From: Gemmatimonadota bacterium
GTDB lineage: Bacteria; Gemmatimonadota; Gemmatimonadetes; Gemmatimonadales; Gemmatimonadaceae
Assembly: GCA_031418115.1 (NCBI GenBank)
Contig: JANOWT010000101.1
Coordinates: forward strand, 1 to 51,907
DNA length: 51,907 bases
Direction: 5' to 3'
Shown here: positions 8,999-16,705 of the stretch, one piece after another
Position numbering within the stretch: the stretch's first letter is position 1
Layout of the letters: each line of letters begins with the position of its first letter
Notes under the pieces: generated by a model
What the model saw: only the letters and a program-made list of their open reading frames with translations
The model's database searches: none
What the model was told of the DNA's origin: nothing
Translations under genes and position numbers: made by a program

Positions 8999-10408
8999 CC
9001 GGCCGTACTGCCCGGTCTCCGACCGCGAGAGTTTCCGACGCGCGACGAGCGCTTCGAGTACGAGTTCGCACGCCACCACTGAGTCGGCGTCATCGGTCAC
9101 GCCGAGCCCGGCCGCAGTGATCTGATCGATCAGTCCGGGCACGGTCGCGAAGCCTGCGCGCGCCACCGCGGCGCTCGCATCGTCACTCACCTGCAGCGCC
9201 TGCCCGCGGTCGAACCACATCACGATCTCGTCCAGGTCGAGCGTGTTGTCGCGCTCGGTGAGCGTCGCGTCGGCGGCGCGGCGGATCAACTCGCGTGCGA
9301 TCACCGCTCCGCCGATCAACTCGCCCTCGTATTCGAGTTCGATCTTGCCTGTGATCGCCGGCAGGGCCGCGTAGATGTCAGCGAGGCGGGGGACGATCTC
9401 CTTCTCGCCCAGTCGCACCGCGCGACGCTCGGCGTTGGAGATCACGTTCTCGAGCAGCGAGATCGAAAGTCGCTGTGAGACACCCGACCTCTGGTCGATC
9501 CGCTTCTCCTGCCGCGCCTCGAAGGCGACACGCTCCGCGACTTCCGAGACGATCTCGGGCAGGCGCAGCGGGAGTCCGTCGCGCTTGGTCCACGCTTCCT
9601 GCTGCGTGATCGTCATCGCGAGGTCGACCGTCGCCGGATAGTGCGTGATGATCTCGCTGCCGATCCGGTCCTTGAGCGGCGTGATGATCTTGCCGCGCGC
9701 TGTGTAGTCCTCGGGGTTGGCCGTGAACGCAAGGACCACGTCGAGCGCGAGGCGCACCGGGTAGCCCTTGATCTGCACGTCGCCTTCCTGCATCACGTTG
9801 AACAAGCCCACCTGCACCTTGCCGGCGAGGTCAGGGAGTTCGTTCAGCGCGAAGATCCCGCGGTTGGCGCGCGGGAGCATGCCGTAGTTGATCGAGAGCT
9901 CGTCCGAGAGCAGGTGACCGCCGCGCGCCGCCTTGATCGGGTCGAGGTCGCCGATCAGGTCGGCCACCGTGACGTCCGGCGTCGCGAGCTTCTCCACGTA
10001 GCGTTGATCGGGTGTGAGCCAAGCGATCGGCGTCTCGTCACCCATCGTGGCGAGGCGATCGCGGCCGTACTTGCTGATCGGCGCGAACGGATCGTCGTTG
10101 GTCTCGCTTCCGGCGATCACCGGCAGCTGCGGGTCGAGCAGTGTGGTGAGTGCGCGCAGGATGCGCGACTTGGCCTGGCCGCGGAGTCCGAGCAGAATGA
10201 AATGGTGCTTGGAGAGCAGCGCGTTCACGATCTGCGGCATGACCGTGTCCTCGTAGCCGAGGACGCCCTTGAAGAGCGGCTTACCGTCGGCGATGCGTGC
10301 GAGGAGGTTGGCGCGGATCTCGTCGCGGACCGAACGGCCGCGGCGTTCCGGCGCGCCGAAGGGAGAGCGCGCGAGGGCGCCGAGGGTGGTGGGAAGCGAA
10401 GTCGTCAC
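8945..10408 (-). CDS. Magnesium-chelatase (ChlI)/MoxR-like AAA+ ATPase
   Basis: Walker A variant GLRGQAKS, ANRGIFALNELPDL, TANPEDYT, PLKDR. Start trimmed to GTG 10408; a TATACT -10-like box lies at 10433-10438. Confidence 0.88.
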   Translation of the reverse strand: MTTSLPTTLGALARSPFGAPERRGRSVRDEIRANLLARIADGKPLFKGVLGYEDTVMPQIVNALLSKHHFILLGLRGQAKSRILRALTTLLDPQLPVIAGSETNDDPFAPISKYGRDRLATMGDETPIAWLTPDQRYVEKLATPDVTVADLIGDLDPIKAARGGHLLSDELSINYGMLPRANRGIFALNELPDLAGKVQVGLFNVMQEGDVQIKGYPVRLALDVVLAFTANPEDYTARGKIITPLKDRIGSEIITHYPATVDLAMTITQQEAWTKRDGLPLRLPEIVSEVAERVAFEARQEKRIDQRSGVSQRLSISLLENVISNAERRAVRLGEKEIVPRLADIYAALPAITGKIELEYEGELIGGAVIARELIRRAADATLTERDNTLDLDEIVMWFDRGQALQVSDDASAAVARAGFATVPGLIDQITAAGLGVTDDADSVVACELVLEALVARRKLSRSETGQYGRSVRRKHGMPPERPEREE

Positions 10409-10478
10409 GGGCGTCTCTGGAAGGTCTGTCAGAGTATAACGCGCGGACCGAGTAAGCAGTTCGCCGGTCCGACCGGCG

Positions 10479-12179
10479 TCAGAGCTTGAACCGCTGCACC
10501 GCGGCGTCGAGATGGGCCGCCACTGCCTGGAGGCTCCGGGCACCGTCCGCCATCCGGTGCACACCCGCCGCCTGCTCCTCGTTGAGCGCGCTCAGTTCCT
10601 GAGCCGTCGCGGCGTTCTCCTCCGCGGTCGCGGCAAGCGCCCCGACGACGTCCGAAAGGTGCGCGGCGCGCTGACCCTGTTCGCCCGTCGAGCGACCGAT
10701 GCGCGTCGCGGACTCAGCCGACTTGTGCGCCTGCTCATCCACCGCCGCGAGCACGGCTTCCGAATCCCCGAACGCATTGCGCCCCTCACGCACCGCGTCC
10801 TTCACGCGATCGAGGCGTTCGCCGATCTCGTCACCCGTGTCCTCGACCTCGATCGCGAGTGTCCGGATGTGCGAGAGCGCGGCCTGGCTATCGCGCGCGA
10901 GCTTGCCCACCTCGTCGGCGACGACAGCGAAGCCGCGTCCATGCTCGGCCGCGCGCGCTGCTTCGATCGCGGCATTGAGTGCGAGCAACTTGGACTGCGT
11001 GGCGATCCCCGCGATCACGTCGGTGAACTCCCGGATGCCGTGAGACTTGGTCGCCAGCGCCTCGAGCGACGGCGCAGTTTCGGCCGCAGCCGTGGCGATC
11101 TCGTCCATACGCGAGGCGACGATCGCCATCGCGCGTCGGCCCTGCGCAGTTCGCTCCTCGACGGCGCGCGCCGCCGATACCGTCAGCGCGCCCTCGCGCG
11201 CGATGTCCTGAGCGTGCGACGCCACCGCCTGAGATGCGTCGAGAGCCTCGGTGACGCTCGTCGTCTGGTCGGCGGCGGCCGACGCGATCCCCTGCGCCGC
11301 AAGCGCGATCTCGAACATCGCGGTGTTCAACTGCTCGGTGCCGTCCGCGAGTTCCTTCGCGGTGGCGGTCATGGTCTTGGAGCCTGCGGCGATGTCGGTC
11401 ACGACCGCGCGGAGCGCATCACGCATGCGGCGGAACGAGTCCGCGAGGTCACCGATCTCGTCCTCGCTCTGGTGGGTGACCTCCACCGAGAGGTCGCCGT
11501 TGGCGATCCGCGCCGCCGCTTCCTCCAGCCGACGGATCGGTCGTACGATGGCCGAGCGGACGATGAGCGGCGCGCTCGCGAGGATGGCGAGCAGCACGAT
11601 CAGCGCCGCGAGGCTCGTGCGTCGCCGATCCGCGACGAGCGCTCCTTGGGCTTGAACGAGCGCCTCCGCCTCGGACTCGAGGTTCGCCACGATCCGATCG
11701 ATGAGGTCGGTGGGCGCGCGGTCCTGACCACGCACCAAGCTGTCGACCTGGAACGGATTCCGGCCCTCCGCACCCTCGAAGCGTGCCAACGCGACCGCGT
11801 ACGCAGCGTCGAGTTCCAGGTACGCCCGACGGAAGGCGCGCACCTGTGCATGGAGCGAGTCGCTCGTCGCGCCCGACGCGAGCGTGTCGGTCAGCGCGAG
11901 CACGTCGACCCTCAGCGCCGCGAACTGTTGCGTGTACCGTACCCGGTCGCGCGCGACAGCGCCGCGCAGCAGGATGTTCTTCCATTCCTGCACCTGCTTC
12001 TTGAACGCGACCTGCATCTCGCGCGCGACCGATTGCTCGCGGATCTGGCGATCGAGGATGCCGCGGTAGCCGCGGTCGAGCTCGTTGAGCGAACCGAGCA
12101 GGTAGAGTGAGGTGAGTGCGGCGGCGACGATCGCGGCGCCGAGGATGGCGTACAGCTTGGCGCCGAGCGACAGACGCAG
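10479..12179 (-). CDS. Methyl-accepting chemotaxis protein (TM1-4HB sensor-TM2-HAMP-signalling domain); start codon uncertain
   Basis: IATQSKLLALNAAIEAARAAEHGRGFAVVADEV hairpin tip and HAMP (P..L....RIANGDL..EDEIGDLA). The frame extends upstream of ATG 12017 through TM1 (LRLSLGAKLYAILGAAIVAAALTSLYLL). Confidence 0.88.
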   Translation of the reverse strand: MRLSLGAKLYAILGAAIVAAALTSLYLLGSLNELDRGYRGILDRQIREQSVAREMQVAFKKQVQEWKNILLRGAVARDRVRYTQQFAALRVDVLALTDTLASGATSDSLHAQVRAFRRAYLELDAAYAVALARFEGAEGRNPFQVDSLVRGQDRAPTDLIDRIVANLESEAEALVQAQGALVADRRRTSLAALIVLLAILASAPLIVRSAIVRPIRRLEEAAARIANGDLSVEVTHQSEDEIGDLADSFRRMRDALRAVVTDIAAGSKTMTATAKELADGTEQLNTAMFEIALAAQGIASAAADQTTSVTEALDASQAVASHAQDIAREGALTVSAARAVEERTAQGRRAMAIVASRMDEIATAAAETAPSLEALATKSHGIREFTDVIAGIATQSKLLALNAAIEAARAAEHGRGFAVVADEVGKLARDSQAALSHIRTLAIEVEDTGDEIGERLDRVKDAVREGRNAFGDSEAVLAAVDEQAHKSAESATRIGRSTGEQGQRAAHLSDVVGALAATAEENAATAQELSALNEEQAAGVHRMADGARSLQAVAAHLDAAVQRFKL

Positions 12180-12299
12180 GGAAACGCGGGGAGTTATCTG
12201 GACCGTTCCAAGGGGTGTGCGGTGCGGGAATCTCTCAGAGACCGGGCCACGGCGATATGCCGAGTGTGTAAAGCGACTGTCACGATCGCTCGGACTTCG

Positions 12300-14396
12300 T
12301 CACGCGACCGCGCGGATCTCGACGAGGTTGTCATAGAAGACGGGGCCCGCACCCATATCAGTGAGGCGCTGGCTCGTCGTCGCATTCACATTGCGGCCGT
12401 CCGTAGAGAGCTTGGCCCACCAGACACCTGGCGCCCACGCCACTCCTTCGCGGATACCCTCCCGAACGCGCGCGCGCGCCTGGAAGTGCCCGCGCTCGTT
12501 CTCGACCACGACCATCACTCCGTCGGCGATCCCGCGTCGCTCGGCGTCGCGCGGGTGCAACGCCACCTCGGGCTCGCGCGCGGCGCGCTGCAGCGGTCCC
12601 ACGTTCACGAAGCTCGAGTTCAGGAACTGGTGCGCCGGCGACGAGATCAACGTGATCGGGAATCGCGCCGCGAGCGCTGGGACGTTCTCGGGAAACTCGT
12701 GCGGTGGCGTGAAGTTCGGCAACGGGTCGAGTCCCATCTCCTTCATGCGCTCGGAGTAGAACTCGCACTTGCCGCTCGGTGTGCGGAAGCCGCCGTCGGC
12801 GAACGGTGCATAGGGCGACGGCACGGAGAGGCGGACCCAGCCGTTCGCCTTGAGCGCATCGTACGTGACCGACGCCATGCGCGGGTCGGTCGTGTCGAGT
12901 GAGGCGCGCACGAGCGTATCGTCGTCGTCCTGCAGGCACGCGTGATCGAGTCCCATGCGCGCCGCAAGACGACGGAATATCTCGGTATTGGGCAGCGCCT
13001 CACCGAGCGGTGCGATCGCCGGCAGGTTGAGCGAAGCGTACAGATGCCCGTAGGACCAATGCACGTCGAGATGTTCGAGCTGCGTCGTCGCCGGTAGCAC
13101 CCAGTCCGCATAATCGCAGGTGTCGGTGCGGAAGTGCTCGAGGACGACCATGAAGAGGTCCTCGCGCTTCATGCCGTCGATCACCGCGAGATGATCGGGC
13201 GCGATCGCTGCAGGGTTCGAGTTGTAGACGATCATCGCGCGCACGGGCGGACCACCCACTCCCGCGTCGGGGGCGGCAAGTGCTTGTCCGAGCAGCGACA
13301 TGTTGACGGTGCGCGTGCCTGGCGGGATGAGGTCGGGACGCTGCAGCGCTTCCTTGTTGTACGCGAAGTTGCCGCTCGACGAGAGCTGCACGCCTCCGCC
13401 GGCGCGCCGCCAGTGGCCAGTGACCGCCGGTAGGCAGGCGATCGCCCGTACCGCCATCGCACCGCCGCCGTGGCGCTGGAGTCCATAGTTGAGGCGCACG
13501 AACGCCGCCTTCGCACGTCCGTACTCGCGCGCGAGCTCGACGATGCGCGCTTCGGTGAGTCCGGTGATCGCCGCGACCCGCGAGGGCGGATACTCCTTCA
13601 CGCGTTCGCGCAACAGCTCGGAACCGAGCGTGTGGCGCGCGAGATAGTCGTCGTCCTGCATCCCTTCGGCGAAGAGCACATGCATCATGCCGAGCGCGAG
13701 CGCGCCATCGGTGCCCGGGCGGATGCCGATCCACTCGTCGCACTGCTCGGCCGTGCGCGTGCGGATCGGGTCGATGCAGATGACCTTCACGCCCTTCGCC
13801 TTGGCCTCGAGGATCTTGGGCCAGAGGTGAGGATTGCTCGTGAGCGTGTTCGTGCCCCAGAGGATCACGAGATCGCTGAGCGGCACTGCTTCGGTGTCGG
13901 CGCCGATGCTCGCGCCCACGGTCATGCGCATTCCCATCATGCCCGCGGTCGCGCAGATCGTGCGGTCCAAGAGCGACGCGCCGAGCACGTGGAAGAAGCG
14001 GCGGTCCATGCCCTCGCTCTGCAGCAGGCCCATCGTGCCGGCATACGAATACGGCAGGATCGCTTGAGGACCGTCGCTCGAGGCACGGATCGCATTCAAC
14101 TTCGCGCTGATCGCATCGAGCGCTTCATCCCAAGACGCTTCGACGAACTCACCGCGGCCCTTCGGTCCCACTCGACGCAACGGCGTCAGCACGCGGTCGG
14201 CGTGATACGTGCGCTCCAAGTAGCGATTCACCTTGGTGCAGAGGAATCCCTGCGTGAAGGGGTGTTCCGGATCGCCCTGGATACGCGTCGCGCGCCCGTC
14301 CTCGACCGTCACGAGCGTCGCGCAGGTGTCGGGGCAGTCATGTGGGCAGGCGCCGCGAATGACGCGCGCGATGTTCGTCGAGGCGGTGGAGGGCAT
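12300..14396 (-). CDS. Molybdopterin-dependent oxidoreductase (DMSO reductase superfamily, cytoplasmic)
   Basis: CPHDCPDTC..GFLC Fe-S motif, DTCDYADWVLPAT, C-terminal dinucleotide-binding domain (LNSSF, HPRDA, NVNATT). No Tat signal. Confidence 0.92.
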   Translation of the reverse strand: MPSTASTNIARVIRGACPHDCPDTCATLVTVEDGRATRIQGDPEHPFTQGFLCTKVNRYLERTYHADRVLTPLRRVGPKGRGEFVEASWDEALDAISAKLNAIRASSDGPQAILPYSYAGTMGLLQSEGMDRRFFHVLGASLLDRTICATAGMMGMRMTVGASIGADTEAVPLSDLVILWGTNTLTSNPHLWPKILEAKAKGVKVICIDPIRTRTAEQCDEWIGIRPGTDGALALGMMHVLFAEGMQDDDYLARHTLGSELLRERVKEYPPSRVAAITGLTEARIVELAREYGRAKAAFVRLNYGLQRHGGGAMAVRAIACLPAVTGHWRRAGGGVQLSSSGNFAYNKEALQRPDLIPPGTRTVNMSLLGQALAAPDAGVGGPPVRAMIVYNSNPAAIAPDHLAVIDGMKREDLFMVVLEHFRTDTCDYADWVLPATTQLEHLDVHWSYGHLYASLNLPAIAPLGEALPNTEIFRRLAARMGLDHACLQDDDDTLVRASLDTTDPRMASVTYDALKANGWVRLSVPSPYAPFADGGFRTPSGKCEFYSERMKEMGLDPLPNFTPPHEFPENVPALAARFPITLISSPAHQFLNSSFVNVGPLQRAAREPEVALHPRDAERRGIADGVMVVVENERGHFQARARVREGIREGVAWAPGVWWAKLSTDGRNVNATTSQRLTDMGAGPVFYDNLVEIRAVA

Positions 14397-14473
14397 GCTC
14401 TCGAGTCCCGGGCTGGAGTGGAATCGGACCAGTGCAAGCTAATGCGCCGCCATGATACGGCGACGATGATGCC

Positions 14474-14498
14474 TAAACCATTATCAGGGAATGGGTTA
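14474..14498. promoter_or_regulatory. 25-bp palindromic site (TAAACCATT-N7-AATGGGTTA), IHF-like/unknown regulator
   Basis: 8/9 inverted match. The same spacing recurs at 14593-14617 and 21596-21620. Confidence 0.45.
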
Positions 14499-14592
14499 CA
14501 GAGACCTGCAGTGTGTGAACCCGTCGATGACCTGGTCGGCGGCGCCCGAGCGCTCGTAGCGGAATAGCCGAACCTTAACGTCTTCTTAATGC

Positions 14593-14617
14593 CAAGACGT
14601 TGTCGAGTAACGACTTA
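14593..14617. promoter_or_regulatory. 25-bp palindromic site (CAAGACGTT-N7-AACGACTTA) just upstream of a -35 box
   Basis: Inverted repeat with the same AAnnnnTT-N7-AAnnnnTTA frame, ending 15 bp before TTGACC. Confidence 0.45.
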
Positions 14618-14632
14618 TGGGCCTCCTGCTTA

Positions 14633-14661
14633 TTGACCGCAAGAGCCTTCCTATTTAGATT
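14633..14661 (+). promoter_or_regulatory. sigma70-type promoter for the small lipoprotein gene
   Basis: TTGACC (14633-14638), 17-nt spacer, TAGATT (14656-14661). Confidence 0.7.
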
Positions 14662-14729
14662 CCGCCGCTGTGCCGAGACCGCGAACGACTCGCGTGACGT
14701 CGCACCACCCCCTACGGAGAAGTGTTCCA

Positions 14730-14936
14730 ATGAAGCGTATTGCCTTTGTCGCGTCCCTGTTCGTGTTCGCCGCTTGCGCCCCCAAGGCCGAAGAGACGCC
14801 TGCGACGGAAGCCGCAGCCGCTCCGGCGATGGGTGCGGACATGATGATGGATTCGACCAAGATGGATTCGACGAAGATGGATTCGTCGGCGATGGCCGCG
14901 CCGAAGATGGATTCGACCGGCATGAAGAAGATGTAA
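14730..14936 (+). CDS. Small Met-rich lipoprotein with MDSTK-type pentapeptide repeats (68 aa)
   Basis: GGAGA SD at 14716-14720, MKR + hydrophobic stretch + lipobox FAAC, own promoter and terminator. Confidence 0.85.
   Translation: MKRIAFVASLFVFAACAPKAEETPATEAAAAPAMGADMMMDSTKMDSTKMDSSAMAAPKMDSTGMKKM
14847..14921 (+). repeat. 15-bp coding repeat ATGGATTCG(ACC/ACG/TCG)NNN, 3 tandem copies + 1 spaced copy
   Basis: atggattcgaccaag, atggattcgacgaag, atggattcgtcggcg ... atggattcgaccggc. Confidence 0.85.
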
Positions 14937-14958
14937 GCTGCTTCCTCACGGAAGCGAC

Positions 14959-14995
14959 GAACGCGCGATCCCTCGGGATCGCGCGTTCTGCTTTT
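14959..14995 (+). terminator. Intrinsic terminator after the lipoprotein gene
   Basis: gaacgcgcgatcc-ctcg-ggatcgcgcgttc followed by tgctttt, preceded by a small gcttcc/ggaagc hairpin. Confidence 0.8.
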
Positions 14996-15024
14996 GTCCC
15001 CTTCGTCGCGCGCCGCGCCGATGC

Positions 15025-16008
15025 CTAACTGGTCGCCACGTCCGTTGTGACCAGTGGTGCGACCCATGCAGGAGTCGTCGCCGATTCCGACCGGACCGTG
15101 ACTTCGCTGCCGAGTACGACTTCGCGGCGCACCATCGCGATCGCGAGCGCACCGCGCGTGGCCGAGACCACACTCGTGCGTACCTCGCCGACATCGGATC
15201 CCGCTGCATCGATCACGCGCGCACCGACCGCGAGTGGGGTCGCACTCGTGAGCACTCGGAGCAGTCGATTCACGTGGCCGCGGAAATGGATCCGCGCGAC
15301 GACCTCCTGCCCCGTGTAGCAGCCCTTGTTGAACGAGATCGCGCCGAGGTCGTCGAGCGCAGCCTCCTGCGGGATCGTCTCGATGTCCATCTCCCTGCCC
15401 CAAGCGGGGAGCCCCGCCTCGACGCGCAGCACGTTCACTTCGTCGGGCGACGCGGTGCGCGTCCCCGCGTTGGCGAGTGCTGTGCGCAGTTCTGCGACGC
15501 GCGCCCGTGCGCCGAAGACGTCGAAACCGGGCGCGCTGATGTCCGTCGAGCGCACGACGTAGCAAGACGCCTCGCCCTCGCCGCTCGTGTAGCCCTCGAA
15601 CGCGCCGAGCGCGTTGATCCGGCTGACCTCCGCTTCGTCGGCTGCGCCACTCAGCGCGTGCGCGAGGACCGTCGCCGCACCGTCACCGTGCACACCCACG
15701 CAATCCATTGACTCCGTGACGACGGCGTACTTCGCCAGTCGCGGGTTCACGAACTTCCGGATCATCGCGATGAATCCGTCACCCGCGGCCGCGTCGCAGT
15801 CGACGAGCAGGTCGGTCCCGCGATCGAGGACGCGGCAGAACGCGATCACGCGCCCCTTTGGTGTGAGTGCGGCCGCCCGATGCCCCGTGCCCTCACGGAG
15901 CGCGACGACATCGTTCGTGACGAGCCCACCGAGAGCTTCCTTGGCTTTCTCGCCAGAGAAGGTCATGCGCATCCGGTCACCGCGTTCTACCAGGAACGCC
16001 GCGGTCAT
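15025..16008 (-). CDS. ygfZ: Folate-binding protein YgfZ/GcvT family (Fe-S cluster maintenance)
   Basis: KGCYTGQEVVARI signature. ATG overlaps the upstream stop (ATGA). Confidence 0.9.
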   Translation of the reverse strand: MTAAFLVERGDRMRMTFSGEKAKEALGGLVTNDVVALREGTGHRAAALTPKGRVIAFCRVLDRGTDLLVDCDAAAGDGFIAMIRKFVNPRLAKYAVVTESMDCVGVHGDGAATVLAHALSGAADEAEVSRINALGAFEGYTSGEGEASCYVVRSTDISAPGFDVFGARARVAELRTALANAGTRTASPDEVNVLRVEAGLPAWGREMDIETIPQEAALDDLGAISFNKGCYTGQEVVARIHFRGHVNRLLRVLTSATPLAVGARVIDAAGSDVGEVRTSVVSATRGALAIAMVRREVVLGSEVTVRSESATTPAWVAPLVTTDVATS

Positions 16009-16694
16009 CGCCGCCCACCGAAGCTGACGCCGGTGAGCTCTCGCACGCGATCGGGCGTGAGGTCTCCGAGCGACTCGACCCACGCATCGCCCTCGAGTGC
16101 CTCGTGCGCTGGGAGCGGACCGACGCCGACACTCGCAATGCCCGCGGCGCGCGCCGCACGAAGTCCCACTACAGTGTCCTCCACCGCGAGCGCACGAAGC
16201 TGCTGGCCGGGAAAGAGTTGCCCAACGCGCGCGAGCGCTGCGAGCCAAGGCTCGGGCGCCGGCTTGGACGGGGTCACATCCTCCACCGTGATCACCGGGC
16301 GAAAGAGCCCCTCCAGTCCGGCGAGCCCCAAGATGAACTCCACTTCACGGCGCGACGCGCGCGTCACCAGCGAGAGCCGGCAGTGCGACGCGAGCCGCTC
16401 GAGCGCCGGGCGCGCATCAGGCGTGAGTGGGAGCCCCTTGCCCGCGCGCGCCGCGAACGAGCGTTCGGCGCGCAGGCGGCCGAGCTCGACCGCGGTCTCG
16501 TCATCGGGCGCGCCGGCCGCACGGCGAATGCGACGCACCGCATCCTCGGTCGCGAGGCCGGCCGCGAGCGCGAGTAACCGCGCATCCACGGCGATCCCCT
16601 CGACCGCGAGCGATTCCACGAGCGCAGCGCGGCGCGCCGCCGCAGTGTCGGCGACAACGCCCTCGAACTCGATCAGCAGGACCGGGACATCCAT
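16005..16694 (-). CDS. HAD-superfamily phosphatase-like protein (beta-PGM/CbbY type) with degenerate motif I
   Basis: LLIEFEGVVADT (DxDG replaced by EFEG), LVT, SKPAPEP, VEDTVVGLRAARAAG. Confidence 0.82.
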   Translation of the reverse strand: MDVPVLLIEFEGVVADTAAARRAALVESLAVEGIAVDARLLALAAGLATEDAVRRIRRAAGAPDDETAVELGRLRAERSFAARAGKGLPLTPDARPALERLASHCRLSLVTRASRREVEFILGLAGLEGLFRPVITVEDVTPSKPAPEPWLAALARVGQLFPGQQLRALAVEDTVVGLRAARAAGIASVGVGPLPAHEALEGDAWVESLGDLTPDRVRELTGVSFGGRR

Positions 16695-16705
16695 AGTACG
16701 GAATC

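Noticed and set aside
8945-10408. Chelatase-like ATPase as evidence of phototrophy (bchI)
   Set aside because: Longer than BchI, with variant Walker motifs, a non-BchD VWA partner and no photosynthesis genes nearby.
10512-12110. 532-aa plus-strand ORF (similarly 17974-19623, 32242-33768, 26550-27836)
   Set aside because: Antisense shadows of well-supported genes.
12300-12302. TGA as a selenocysteine codon
   Set aside because: It falls at the normal C-terminus of the oxidoreductase family, not at a catalytic Cys position, and I see no convincing SECIS.
14397-14729. Possible ncRNA/riboswitch in the lower-GC intergenic region
   Set aside because: No recognisable tRNA, SRP, 6S or riboswitch motif; promoter and palindromic sites explain the region. 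An Rfam scan would be needed to exclude it.
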